From the NCBI GenBank assembly GCA_902766975.1, contig CACXFH010000099.1, forward strand, positions 1-50,366: a stretch of DNA of 50,366 nt, in the 5' to 3' direction. The notes under the pieces were generated by a model. The model searched no databases. It saw only the letters and a list, made by a program, of their open reading frames with translations, and was not told the DNA's origin. This document shows, in pieces, positions 8,136 to 17,988 of this stretch (position 1 is its first letter; each line of letters starts with the position of its first letter). Made by a program: the position numbers and the translations under genes. The DNA is from an uncultured bacterium (lineage in GTDB: Bacteria; Cyanobacteriota; Vampirovibrionia; Gastranaerophilales; Gastranaerophilaceae).

Positions 8136-8197
8136 ATGGTATCCGTTATTGAAATAGCAGGCAATTATAATGCCGTTAACAGAAGGAATATAAAGAC

Positions 8198-9982
8198 ATG
8201 ATTAAAACAGAATTTAAAGACCACGAGTGTGGGAAATTAAGACTTGATGATATTGACAAAACAGTTACGCTGTCAGGTTGGGTCGCAACTGTTCGCGATT
8301 TGGGCGGTATTTTGTTTATTGAATTACGTGACAGAAGCGGAGTTTTTCAACTTGTTGCAAATCCGCAAATCAATCCGCAGGTACATGAAGTTTTCGGTAA
8401 AGTAAGAAGCGAGTACGTTATAAAAGTTTCAGGTAAGATTACTAAAAGGCCTCCTGAAACTTATAACGAAAAATATCCCACAGGACAGGTCGAAATGTAT
8501 CCTGAAACTGTTGAAATTCTTTCAGAATCCAAGGTGTTGCCATTTGTTTTGGATGATGAAAATGTATCTGAAGATATTCGTTTGAAATACAGATATTTGG
8601 ATTTAAGACGTGAATCAATGCTTTCAAAACTTGTTTTACGTCATAATATAGTTACGGCAATAAGAAATTATATGAATAGTTTAGATTTTTTGGAAGTCGA
8701 AACTCCAATTTTGATTAAAACTACTCCGGAAGGGGCAAGAGATTATCTTGTTCCGTCAAGAGTTCAGGAAGGCAAGTTCTTTGCGCTCCCTCAATCTCCT
8801 CAAATATTTAAACAACTTTTGATGGTCGGCGGTATTGAAAGATATTATCAAATAGCAAGATGCTTTAGAGATGAAGATTTGCGTGCTGACAGACAACCTG
8901 AATTTACCCAAGTTGATATTGAAATGTCATTTGTAAAACAACAGGATGTAATTAGAGTTGTTGAAGGTTTGATTGTTGATGCGTTTAAAGCTGCGGGAGT
9001 TGAAGTGAAACCTCCGTTTACTCAGATTTCTTGGCAAGAAGCTATGGACAGATTCGGTTCAGATAAACCTGATACAAGATTTGGTTTGGAGTTGTTTGAT
9101 ATCGGTGATATTATTATGCAATCAGAATTCCAGATTGTTAAAAACACATTGCAGCAGGGTGGTATTGTCCGAGGTATAAGAATTCCTGGCGGCGCTAAAT
9201 TCTCAAGAAAAGAAATTGATGATATTACAAAAATTGCCGTTTCTTTTGGCGCAAAAGCTTTGGCTAATATTATTTATCAAGAAGACGGTACTCCAAAATC
9301 TCCGGTACTTAAATTCGTAACGGATGAACAAGCAAGAGCTATTCAAGAAAGAGCGGGCGCTCAAGCCGGTGATATAATCTTCTTCCTTGCAGACAGACCA
9401 AAGCTTGTTTATGATATTATGGGAAGATTAAGATTGCATTTTGGGAAAATGCTTAATCTTATTGATGAATCAAAGCATGCTCTGTTATGGGTTGTTGATT
9501 TCCCAATGTTTGAATGGAGTGATGAGGAACAAAGATTCATGGCTATGCACCATCCGTTCACATCTCCAAACTTAGAAGATATGGATAAACTGAAATCCGG
9601 TGATTTGGGTAATGTAAAATCAATAGCTTACGATATTGTTTATAACGGAACAGAGCTTGGCGGCGGTTCTGTCAGAATTCACTCATCCGAAGTTCAACAG
9701 GAAATCTTTAAGGCTTTGGGTTTAACTCAGGAAGAAGCCGAAGAAAAATTTGGATTTATGGTTAATGCTTTGCAGTATGGTACCCCGCCTCATGCAGGTT
9801 TGGCTATCGGTTTGGACAGACTTGTTGCATTGCTTGCAAGAACTGATTCAATTCGTGATGTTATTGCATTTCCTAAAAATGCAGGAGCAAAATGTTTGAT
9901 GTCCGGTGCTCCGGGAGAAGCATCTTTGCAGCAGCTCAGAGAATTGCATATAAAAAGCACTGTTCAACCGCAAAATAAATAA
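8198..9982 (+). CDS. aspS: Aspartate--tRNA ligase
   Basis: 594-aa ORF with class IIb motifs FRDEDLRADRQPEFTQVDIEMSF, GGGSVRIH and GLAIGLDRLVALL. An N-terminal OB fold is present, and AGGAA lies upstream of the ATG. Confidence 0.95.
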   Translation: MIKTEFKDHECGKLRLDDIDKTVTLSGWVATVRDLGGILFIELRDRSGVFQLVANPQINPQVHEVFGKVRSEYVIKVSGKITKRPPETYNEKYPTGQVEMYPETVEILSESKVLPFVLDDENVSEDIRLKYRYLDLRRESMLSKLVLRHNIVTAIRNYMNSLDFLEVETPILIKTTPEGARDYLVPSRVQEGKFFALPQSPQIFKQLLMVGGIERYYQIARCFRDEDLRADRQPEFTQVDIEMSFVKQQDVIRVVEGLIVDAFKAAGVEVKPPFTQISWQEAMDRFGSDKPDTRFGLELFDIGDIIMQSEFQIVKNTLQQGGIVRGIRIPGGAKFSRKEIDDITKIAVSFGAKALANIIYQEDGTPKSPVLKFVTDEQARAIQERAGAQAGDIIFFLADRPKLVYDIMGRLRLHFGKMLNLIDESKHALLWVVDFPMFEWSDEEQRFMAMHHPFTSPNLEDMDKLKSGDLGNVKSIAYDIVYNGTELGGGSVRIHSSEVQQEIFKALGLTQEEAEEKFGFMVNALQYGTPPHAGLAIGLDRLVALLARTDSIRDVIAFPKNAGAKCLMSGAPGEASLQQLRELHIKSTVQPQNK

Positions 9983-10019
9983 TTTATTATATTGCTTAAA
10001 AATATGTGAATATAAAAAG

Positions 10020-10062
10020 AAACCCTAAAACTGACTTTTAACTTTATCAAGTTTTAGGGTTT
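10020..10062. terminator. Bidirectional stem-loop between convergent aspS and the first TpsA-like gene
   Basis: aaaccctaaaac (10020-10031) pairs with gttttagggttt (10051-10062) around a 19-nt loop. A-rich sequence lies upstream and T-rich sequence downstream. Confidence 0.6.
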
Positions 10063-10095
10063 TCCTTTTATATGTTTGGAGTGTTACTTTTCAAA

Positions 10096-13000
10096 TTATT
10101 TAGTGGCTTCTTCTAAGTAACTATTCCCAAATCTTACGTTTATTGATGTTGTTTTGTTGTCTTTTTCATCTTTGTTAACGATAGTGGGGGTTTTACCTAT
10201 TTCACCGTTAACTACTTTAACATAGGCATCATTTCCGGCATTTATCAAGGTCTTCTTAGTTCCAAAATTCTTAATGCTACCGTCAACAACTTTGATATTT
10301 ACATCGTGTTTCGCTGAGATATAATTATCATTTTGATTTTGATTTGAACCAATCAAAACATTACCGCCATTTGCATTAATTTTTACATCATTTTCGGCTT
10401 TTATCTGACCTGCTGCAAAAACACCTCCAACAGAACTGTCATCGATATTTATATCGTGGTCTGAATTCACTGATGCATTTGTGTTTACAATTGTAGCATC
10501 TTTACCTTTGTTGGTAATATTTACATCATTTATTGAATTAACTTTACCGTCAATGTGAACGCCGTTAGTGCCTGTATTTACCATATTAACATTTTCAGCG
10601 GTTACAACACCTGTTCTGATAATGTTAGTTCCTTGAGCTCCTGTATTGTCTAAAATAACATTACCGTCAGATGTAACATTACCACTGATATTTATTTGAG
10701 AACCGGTATTTTTAATTGTAGCATCTTGGCTATTTTTGAATGTTCCAAGGATACTTACAGGTCCGTTGTCATTTATCAATGTTGCAGTACCATAGTTATT
10801 CAATTTACCTGCAACTACTAAACCGTGTTGACCTTTATTTGTTATATTAAGATTTCCATTATTATTAACAACTCCTGATTCGTGGATTTTCACCCAACCT
10901 TGGTTATTAACAATGTCCATCGTTCCTTTATTATTTACAATACCTTTTATGTGGGTACCATTTGTACCGTTATTTGTCATTTTTAGATTATTTGTATTTA
11001 TGCTGCCACCTTGTCTGACATTGATACCAATCATTCCGTCATTGGAAATATTTAAATTCCCTCTTTCGGTTGTGACATTTCCGTAAACATTTACACCATT
11101 TCTGGCATTTGCACCGCTGTTTATATCAACATCATTGTAGCTGTGAACCCTTCCTCTGACATTCAAACCATAGTATCCGTCATTTTCAAGTACCAGTTTC
11201 CCTGCAGGAACAGTAGAATCAACATTCCCGTGTTCAATATTGCCGTAAACATTCAAGCCGTTTGTTCCTGTATTTTTGATATTCCCTGATGTCCCTATAA
11301 CAGTTGTTCCGTACAAGTTTATTCCGTTTTTGCCTGAGTTTGTCATTGAAACATTATCAGCCATTATTAAACCGTTTTTATCTTGGTTTATACCTATTTC
11401 GCCACTGTTTATCATTGCAATGGCACTGCCTGAATTGCGTGTTTCTCCATATACATTCAAACCGCCGGCTTCATTTTTAAAGGTTGCGCTGCCGTTTGAA
11501 GTATTTGCTTTACCGTATACTTTTAGCCCGTTTGCACCGCTATTTTTGTATTGTGCGTTGCCTGATGCGTTGACTTCGCCTCTTATAACCAGTCCGCCGG
11601 CACCGGTGTTATCCATTACAAGGCTGTCTTTATTCAAATTGTTGGAAGTTACTTTCCCGCCTTTAAAGACTTCTAATCCGCCTCCGCCGTAATTTTTTAC
11701 GACTAACTCTCCGTTATTGTTTTCCTGAATACCTGCAATCTTAATCCCTTCGGTGGTATTCCCTGAATTGATTATTTCTCCATAGCCGGTGTTGGACATT
11801 CTACCGTACATCTTAATCCCTGCTGCCCCTTGGTTTTGAGCACTTAATCCTTTTGATTTAACATTTCCGGTAGCAACAATATTTAAACCTTTGTCTCCAT
11901 AATTGTTGAGTGTCAGTTTACCGTCATTATCTATAGTCCCTGAAACATTAATCTGAGTACCGTTGTTTGTGAATGAAGATTCTCCTGCATTTGTAAATTT
12001 ACCCGGAATACTTATAGAGCCTGAATGGTTACGTGCAACGGTTGTTCCTTCATTCGCCACTTCACCTGCAAATATTAAGCCGTAATTACCTTTATTTTCA
12101 TATGTAGCTGTCCCGCCTTTATTTGACATATAGCCTGTTTCATAAACCTTTAAAGCTCCGGCATTGTTTGAGTATGCACCATTCCCGTTATTTAAGACCT
12201 TACCGTGGATGTTCATACCGTTTGCACCGCTATTTGTCATGCTTAAACCTTGAGCATCAATTACTCCGTTTTTAGAAACGTTTAGTCCGTATTCGCCGGA
12301 ATTACTCATTGCTAATTGACCGTTTTTATTAGTAAGTGTGCCTGTTACGTTCAATCCGCCCTTTTCCGAATTTATAAATTCTGCATTTCCATTGTTATTA
12401 AATGAACCTTGGACAAATACACCTTTTACGCCTTGAGGAGCATTTGAGACAAGAGCCGTTCCTGCATTATTTACTTTTCCGCCAAGAACAATACCTTGTT
12501 TGCCGGTATTTTTAATTTCTATACCCTGAGAATTGATTTCAGAAGCTGCTGTTTGGTATATCCATTTGTCGCCGCTGTTATCTAAAGTTAATTTGCCGTT
12601 TGAATTTGTAATGTTGCCGGAAACGGTGAGTTGAGTACCACTGTTTTGAATAGTTGTATTTCCGTTGTTTTTAAAATTCCCGCCAATTGTTACTACTCCG
12701 GATTTATTATCAACGACAGATGTCCCGTTACTGCTTACATTTGCATCTATAACTGCACCTTTAGCTCCTGTATTAGATATATACAAATTCTTGTCGCTTA
12801 TTATTTGAGAGTCTTTTACAAAATACATACCGCTGCCTGTATTTACTATTCTTAAATCGCCGCCGTGGTTTTCTACTTTTGCAGTATTAGCTCCAAAAAC
12901 TCCGCCTGCGTTATTAGTAATATTCAAATTCCCTTTATGATTTACAACATTTCCGAATATATGAGTACCTACATCCCCGTAATTTGTTATACTTGTATTT

Positions 13001-13779
13001 CCTGTTCCGACATTTTGAACATTGCCGGATATTTCGCTTCCTCTGGTTGAAGTAAATGAAATATTACCGTTTCTGGTTGAAATTTGATTTGCGTAATTTA
13101 TATTTGAAGTGTTTACTAATGTATCAAACAATTGGTCTGCTCTGCTATTTCTGCCGAATGCTGAATTGATACCTGTTCCTGCGGCAACTTTACCCGGAAC
13201 TTGAATTAAAGATGAAACAACATCAACATCATTAGCTGCAAATACATGACCGTCAATTTTTACGGCTCCATTTCCTACATTCTCTTTGCTTTTAAGCGCA
13301 CTTAAATCACTGCTCGGGTTATTCTTAAAGCGATTATATGTATCGGTATTAGGAGTATAAACACCTAAAGATCCTACATTCAAAACCCCTGAAGCGCCTA
13401 CTACCATGCCGTTTGGAGAAACAAATATTGCTCTGCCGTTGTAGAAATTCCCATCTCTCATTGTATTTACGATACCGTTAATTTTGATTGTATTATCGAC
13501 TAAGTTAACAAATGAGTTTATATTCTTATCCCCGTATTTATATATTAAGTTTGCAATATCTCCGGCACTTAAATCAAAATTATTATATTTTCTTAAACCT
13601 ATATCCGTATTTTTGATAATGGCTGTCGGGTCAATGTTGTAAACTCCGTTATTTCCTGTAACATTTGTAATATTTGTAGCCATTGCGGAAACAAATACAG
13701 ATTGCTGTATTATAAATGCTGCCGTTAAAACTGCACAAATTACTCGTTTTGAATTCTTTAGATTAGTTTTCATTTCCAT
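10096..13779 (-). CDS. Filamentous-haemagglutinin-like TPS-domain beta-helix exoprotein (short form, without spacer or PilZ)
   Basis: 1227-aa ORF. A signal peptide is followed by a TPS/haemagglutination-activity domain (GVYNIDPT..., [43 protein letters not shown]). The remaining ~900 aa are Asn/Gly-rich ~20-aa coils (N.G..G..V.G.V.N.G.A...N) organised in ~230-aa super-repeats. The GAAAGGA SD favours the second ATG at 13773. Confidence 0.85.
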   Translation of the reverse strand: MEMKTNLKNSKRVICAVLTAAFIIQQSVFVSAMATNITNVTGNNGVYNIDPTAIIKNTDIGLRKYNNFDLSAGDIANLIYKYGDKNINSFVNLVDNTIKINGIVNTMRDGNFYNGRAIFVSPNGMVVGASGVLNVGSLGVYTPNTDTYNRFKNNPSSDLSALKSKENVGNGAVKIDGHVFAANDVDVVSSLIQVPGKVAAGTGINSAFGRNSRADQLFDTLVNTSNINYANQISTRNGNISFTSTRGSEISGNVQNVGTGNTSITNYGDVGTHIFGNVVNHKGNLNITNNAGGVFGANTAKVENHGGDLRIVNTGSGMYFVKDSQIISDKNLYISNTGAKGAVIDANVSSNGTSVVDNKSGVVTIGGNFKNNGNTTIQNSGTQLTVSGNITNSNGKLTLDNSGDKWIYQTAASEINSQGIEIKNTGKQGIVLGGKVNNAGTALVSNAPQGVKGVFVQGSFNNNGNAEFINSEKGGLNVTGTLTNKNGQLAMSNSGEYGLNVSKNGVIDAQGLSMTNSGANGMNIHGKVLNNGNGAYSNNAGALKVYETGYMSNKGGTATYENKGNYGLIFAGEVANEGTTVARNHSGSISIPGKFTNAGESSFTNNGTQINVSGTIDNDGKLTLNNYGDKGLNIVATGNVKSKGLSAQNQGAAGIKMYGRMSNTGYGEIINSGNTTEGIKIAGIQENNNGELVVKNYGGGGLEVFKGGKVTSNNLNKDSLVMDNTGAGGLVIRGEVNASGNAQYKNSGANGLKVYGKANTSNGSATFKNEAGGLNVYGETRNSGSAIAMINSGEIGINQDKNGLIMADNVSMTNSGKNGINLYGTTVIGTSGNIKNTGTNGLNVYGNIEHGNVDSTVPAGKLVLENDGYYGLNVRGRVHSYNDVDINSGANARNGVNVYGNVTTERGNLNISNDGMIGINVRQGGSINTNNLKMTNNGTNGTHIKGIVNNKGTMDIVNNQGWVKIHESGVVNNNGNLNITNKGQHGLVVAGKLNNYGTATLINDNGPVSILGTFKNSQDATIKNTGSQINISGNVTSDGNVILDNTGAQGTNIIRTGVVTAENVNMVNTGTNGVHIDGKVNSINDVNITNKGKDATIVNTNASVNSDHDINIDDSSVGGVFAAGQIKAENDVKINANGGNVLIGSNQNQNDNYISAKHDVNIKVVDGSIKNFGTKKTLINAGNDAYVKVVNGEIGKTPTIVNKDEKDNKTTSINVRFGNSYLEEATK

Positions 13780-14026
13780 ATCCTTTCATATATAAATCCG
13801 GTAATTACATTTTTAATATCATGCCATGCAGACATGGCACATACATAAATAAAACTTGTAAAAAAATAATTTGCTAGTTTAATTATTATCGTTTTTTATA
13901 TAATTGAGCGTAGCACTAAAATCCTTGTATAACAAGGTGTTTTACAAATATGAATCAAAGAATTTATGTATTTGACGCAAAATTGTTACATTCCTTAATT
14001 GTATATATAAATCTTATATAAAAAAA

Positions 14027-14058
14027 GACCTTACACATTTTGTGTAAGGTCTTTTTTT
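14027..14058 (-). terminator. Rho-independent terminator after the second TpsA-like gene
   Basis: A perfect 11-bp stem, gaccttacaca/tgtgtaaggtc, has a 3-nt loop. It is flanked by A6 (14021-14026) and T7 (14052-14058), so it could work in both directions. Confidence 0.8.
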
Positions 14059-14071
14059 GTCTTTTTAAGAC

Positions 14072-17000
14072 TTATTTGAATGATATATTTTGATTGCTGT
14101 CTAACAGCATATTCAAATATAACAATTGATTTGCTGTTGCCTGATCAAGATTTACGAATCTTGCTCCTGCTCTTGACGTTGTTGAAGTTACGACTTCCGC
14201 ATTTGCTCTGATGTCAAGATTACCATACTGTAAGTGGATTGGTACGATATCACCGTTTTTCAGAGTATTGTTATGTTTAAGAGCGACACCGCCTCTTGAT
14301 ACGTCTATTAAGCTGTCAACATTATCTGTTCTTTCCATTGATACAGGAATTGCGGTATTATTTACATTGTATCTTACATATTGACGTTTATCGATTGTAT
14401 CTAAGTTATCTTCATCAATTCTGTTTTTGTACAACAATCTTGTATCATCATCCGGCGGAGCGATTGTCGGTTCCGGAGTTGGTTCCGGTGTCGGCTCAGG
14501 AGTCGGTTCCGGTGTTGGTTCCGGCGTTGGCTCAGGAGTCGGAGATTCTGTCGGTTCCGGAGTTGGCTGAGGAGTCGGAGGTTCCGTTGGCTCCGGCGTT
14601 GGTTCCGGAGTCGGTTCCGGTGTTGGCTCAGGAGTTGGTTCCGGTGTTGGCTCAGGAGTCGGTTCCGGTGTTGGCTCAGGAGTCGGCTCAGGCGTTGGTT
14701 CAGGAGTTGGCTCAGGAGTTGGTTCCGGAGTTGGCTCAGGAGTTGGTTCCGGCGTTGGCTCAGGAGTTGGTTCAGGAGTCGGTTCCGGTGTTGGCTCAGG
14801 AGTTGGTTCCGGTGTTGGCTCAGGAGTTGGTTCCGGAGTTGGCTCCGGCGTTGGTTCCGGTGTTGGCTCAGGAGTCGGTTCCGGAGTTGGCTCAGGAGTC
14901 GGTTCATCAGGCATTTCTAACGGAGTTGCGTCTACAATGCCATCATCGTCATCAACATGAGACTGTTCTCCGTCAAATATTCCATCACCTGTTCCTTCAG
15001 GATAATAGTAATTTCTTTCATGCTCATCACGACCTGTATCTTCCACATCGCCTGGTCTTACTGCATGACCTGTTGGGATATCAGGACCATCATCAACATG
15101 AACACCTACAACTTTATTTGTAGAAGGATTAACTGATTTTGAAAATCCGTCTCTGTTAATATGTGATTCAATACCGTTTGCATAAATATTATCTGCTGTT
15201 ATATCTAAAGTTCCATTATCAAGCACGGCATTATCAACTTTTACTGTTGAGCCTGCCCAAGCTTCGTGCCCGCCGTCAACAAGTTCTTCTGTCGGTCTGA
15301 TATTATGGTTAATATCCAAAGCTTTTACTACTGCATGATTTGGTAATGCTTCATCTCGATAATCTGCTCCTGTATATCCGCCATCTTGCTGACCGTAATT
15401 TCTTGGTCCGAGATAATCATTCGGAATTACAGATTCATCAGTAATGTGACCGAGATTCTTAATTTCTAAATTCTTACCGCGGGTAACAACTTTTAAATCA
15501 CCCTCTGCTGTTATATTATCAATTGTTGTATTACCTGCAAATTCAATATTTGCATCGCCTTTTCTTGCAATAATCGTACAAGCCTTATTTGTTTTAACTT
15601 CATTTGCACGACCATAGTTTGAATCATTGAAACTGTTTTCTTTTAGGTTAATATTGTTTTCTGCAAGTACATCCATGCTATAACCTTGTTCTGCACCTGT
15701 TTGAATAAAGGTAACAGCTTTATCGGCTGCTCCGATATTGCCGTTTGAAATCAAGGATATGCCTGTACCTTCAATGTTGGTATCAGAATTATTGGTTCTT
15801 GCATTGACCATATTATAGCGTTTTGCACCCGTGTTATTGTAACCGTAATCATCATCAACAGTTAAGATAACACGTCCGTCAGCCTTAATCGTATCAATGT
15901 TCATATCAGAATCAATTGCTGCGTAGTTGATTACCAAATCTTCCGGTTTTGTAACTTTATTTGTTTCAGCTTTAACTTTACCTTTGATATTTGCATTAAC
16001 AGATTTTGTAAAGTCACGTGAACCTTCGGCTTTTGGTCCGATACCTGTACAACCTGAGCCTGTGCATGCAGCCTGCTGAACAGGAAGCCCGATTGTACCG
16101 TCGGTAACTTTCATTGTCAAATCACCGCCTGCATTCAATAAGACTTTTTCAACACCGTAGTTCAAGATGCTTCCGTTATCCACAGTGATTGCAATATCAT
16201 TACCTGCTTTTACGTAATTGTTATTTGATGTATTATCCCCGATAACAACGTTACCGCCACCTTTTTGATTAATAGTGGTATCGTTCTTACTGTTGGTAAG
16301 ACCTTGGATTCTTGTTCCACCTGCTGAATTATCATTTATAAGAATGTTATTTTCAGCATTTACTCTTGCATTTGACGCAATTAACGTACCTGCAGCACCT
16401 GTATTATTCATTTCAACATTATTTGCATGAATGTTACCTGATTGTATTACATTTAAACCGCCTGCTCCGTTGTTAGTAAACTTAGCATTACCCCCAACAT
16501 TTACTGCGCCGGAGACATTCATACCGTCAATACCATCAACTGTATTTAAGAATTCGGCATTGCCGTCTGTCGTAAACGTACCGCCGACATTCATTGCAGC
16601 TGTTGTATTTTTAGATCTGCCGTTGGCATAACCGTTTTCAACATAAGAATCTCCGTGAGTAAGCATATTTCCGGAGAGATTCATACCGTTTTTACCTTTG
16701 TTACGAACGGTTAATTTGCCGTTTGTCTCAACTTTACCTGTTACATTCAATGCTGTTTCGGTATTGCCTTGTGCAGGAACATTGAAAATATCAGTATTCC
16801 CGCCATTTTTTACGGTGCCGGAAATCAACAAATCGCCTTCGTTATTATTAATTAATACTCGTCCGTTTGCGTTTGATACATTACCGCTGATAGTTAATCC
16901 TTTTGCTGCATCGTCAAAGTTTCTGATTTCTAATGAACTGCCTGTTCCGACTGCAAAGTTTTTAACTGTACCTGCGATATTTGCACCATTATCATTTGGA

Positions 17001-17749
17001 GATCCGGTTCCGTTTCCTTCGGCTGAAATTATAATATGCCCGTTCCCATCACTTGCAAAAGTATTTGCTGTATTTAAATTGTCCGCATTTACAAGGTTAT
17101 TAAATAAAGCATTTGCCATTGCCTGAGAATCCATTTTTACCATCTTATTGGCATTAACTCCGCCGACAACAACAGCATCTTTTGCAATGTCAACGGTTGA
17201 TGCTTTCAATTCCACATCGCCTGCTGTTACGATTTTACCGTTAACTTTAATTGCTCCGCCTGAATTTACGTCATAGTCTTTTAAAGCTGCTAAGCCTTCA
17301 GCGGTTTGATTACGTTTAATTTGGTTATATCCGTATGAATCAGGAGCATAAACACCCAATGAACCGACGTTTAGCACCCCGGATGCGCCTACAACCATTC
17401 CGTTCGGAGATACAAATACTGCATTCCCGTTGTAAAAAGCGTTACCTCTTACGGAATTTACGATACCATTAATGTTAATTTGATTATCTACCAAGTTTAC
17501 AAAAGTATTGATATCGGCAAAATTCAAGTTTGCGATATCTCCTTGGGTTAAATTAAATTTTTCGTAGTGGCGGAAACCCGTTCCTCCGTCTACTTTTGTC
17601 GGGTCAATGTTGAACACTCCACTTGTTTGATTAAAACCCGAAATCTCACTGGCAACGACACTCAGTGCCATCGTTTGTTGAAGCATAAACACACCTGTCA
17701 TGAGAGATGCGATTATTCTTCTTTGAGTTTTCCTACTCTTTCTCATCAT
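14072..17749 (-). CDS. TPS-domain beta-helix exoprotein with (TPEP)n spacer and C-terminal PilZ domain
   Basis: 1225-aa ORF. The signal peptide is [33 protein letters not shown]. The TPS domain carries [16 protein letters not shown] and [27 protein letters not shown]. Beta-helix coils follow, then ~150 aa of TPEP repeats, then a terminal PilZ-like domain. GAAAGGA lies 8 nt before the ATG. Confidence 0.85.
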   Translation of the reverse strand: MMRKSRKTQRRIIASLMTGVFMLQQTMALSVVASEISGFNQTSGVFNIDPTKVDGGTGFRHYEKFNLTQGDIANLNFADINTFVNLVDNQININGIVNSVRGNAFYNGNAVFVSPNGMVVGASGVLNVGSLGVYAPDSYGYNQIKRNQTAEGLAALKDYDVNSGGAIKVNGKIVTAGDVELKASTVDIAKDAVVVGGVNANKMVKMDSQAMANALFNNLVNADNLNTANTFASDGNGHIIISAEGNGTGSPNDNGANIAGTVKNFAVGTGSSLEIRNFDDAAKGLTISGNVSNANGRVLINNNEGDLLISGTVKNGGNTDIFNVPAQGNTETALNVTGKVETNGKLTVRNKGKNGMNLSGNMLTHGDSYVENGYANGRSKNTTAAMNVGGTFTTDGNAEFLNTVDGIDGMNVSGAVNVGGNAKFTNNGAGGLNVIQSGNIHANNVEMNNTGAAGTLIASNARVNAENNILINDNSAGGTRIQGLTNSKNDTTINQKGGGNVVIGDNTSNNNYVKAGNDIAITVDNGSILNYGVEKVLLNAGGDLTMKVTDGTIGLPVQQAACTGSGCTGIGPKAEGSRDFTKSVNANIKGKVKAETNKVTKPEDLVINYAAIDSDMNIDTIKADGRVILTVDDDYGYNNTGAKRYNMVNARTNNSDTNIEGTGISLISNGNIGAADKAVTFIQTGAEQGYSMDVLAENNINLKENSFNDSNYGRANEVKTNKACTIIARKGDANIEFAGNTTIDNITAEGDLKVVTRGKNLEIKNLGHITDESVIPNDYLGPRNYGQQDGGYTGADYRDEALPNHAVVKALDINHNIRPTEELVDGGHEAWAGSTVKVDNAVLDNGTLDITADNIYANGIESHINRDGFSKSVNPSTNKVVGVHVDDGPDIPTGHAVRPGDVEDTGRDEHERNYYYPEGTGDGIFDGEQSHVDDDDGIVDATPLEMPDEPTPEPTPEPTPEPTPEPTPEPTPEPTPEPTPEPTPEPTPEPTPEPTPEPTPEPTPEPTPEPTPEPTPEPTPEPTPEPTPEPTPEPTPEPTPEPTPEPTPEPTPEPTEPPTPQPTPEPTESPTPEPTPEPTPEPTPEPTPEPTPEPTIAPPDDDTRLLYKNRIDEDNLDTIDKRQYVRYNVNNTAIPVSMERTDNVDSLIDVSRGGVALKHNNTLKNGDIVPIHLQYGNLDIRANAEVVTSTTSRAGARFVNLDQATANQLLYLNMLLDSNQNISFK
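14075..14400 (-). other. PilZ-like domain (C-terminus of 14072..17749)
   Basis: The sequence is [10 protein letters not shown]..(22 aa)..[39 protein letters not shown]...AGARFVNLD. The RxxxR motif lies at 14373-14387 and the DxSxxG motif at 14288-14305. Confidence 0.7.
14452..14911 (-). repeat. Coding tandem repeat: 12-nt unit encoding (TPEP)n, ~150 aa
   Basis: ggttccggtgtt / ggctcaggagtc-type units are reiterated with synonymous variation. The array is markedly GC-richer than its surroundings. It creates long stop-free artefact ORFs in other frames. Confidence 0.9.
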
Positions 17750-17939
17750 GTTCCGAATCCTTTCATTTTATGATTACTTGTAATAACATTTTGAGTTCTG
17801 CCTGCTATATGGCTTTTTGAAGCACACACAGCCATGAGCATGACATTATTATTTTTCTATAAATATATAAACGTATTGTTATATGTAAATATTTACTTTT
17901 TTTTGGTAAATGTTAATAAAAATTTACATTTAATTTATA

Positions 17940-17973
17940 AAAGGGTATAAGTTTTAATTACTAATACCCTTTT
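17940..17973 (-). terminator. Possible terminator after the third TpsA-like gene
   Basis: aaagggtat (17940-17948) pairs with ataccctttt (17964-17973) around a 15-nt loop. On the minus strand it is followed by a T-rich tract. The loop is long, so support is moderate. Confidence 0.45.
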
Positions 17974-17988
17974 ACAACATTTATATAT

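Noticed and set aside
7997-8197. T-box or other riboswitch leader for aspS. The 34970-35090 region upstream of argS was checked for the same.
   Set aside because: Neither has a T-box consensus or specifier/antiterminator architecture. Both leaders are too short and AT-rich, though argS has a 7-bp gtcggca/tgccgac stem.
7932-8201. 89-aa ORF upstream of aspS.
   Set aside because: It reads through the palindromic repeats (ILKQVQDDM) and the divergent promoter region. It is most likely spurious.
11276-11692. Antisense ORFs inside the beta-helix genes (11276-11692, 16698-17126, 20432-20722 and others).
   Set aside because: The reverse complement of Asn/Gly/Thr/Val-rich coding sequence is naturally stop-poor. 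There are no SDs, and the genes on the other strand are well supported.
14452-14911. Could the regular short repeats be a CRISPR array?
   Set aside because: The period is 12/24 nt with no unique spacers. The repeats are in frame within a long ORF and encode a Pro/Thr/Glu linker.
14296-15123. 275-aa plus-strand ORF and 168-aa alternate-frame minus ORF (14401-14907) across the TPEP repeat. Similar ORFs lie at 18298-18750 and 18309-18797.
   Set aside because: These are stop-free frames created by the 12-nt periodic GC-rich coding repeat. Their translations are monotonous (LAQELVPV..., RNQLLSQ...), and they lie wholly inside a gene with strong domain evidence.
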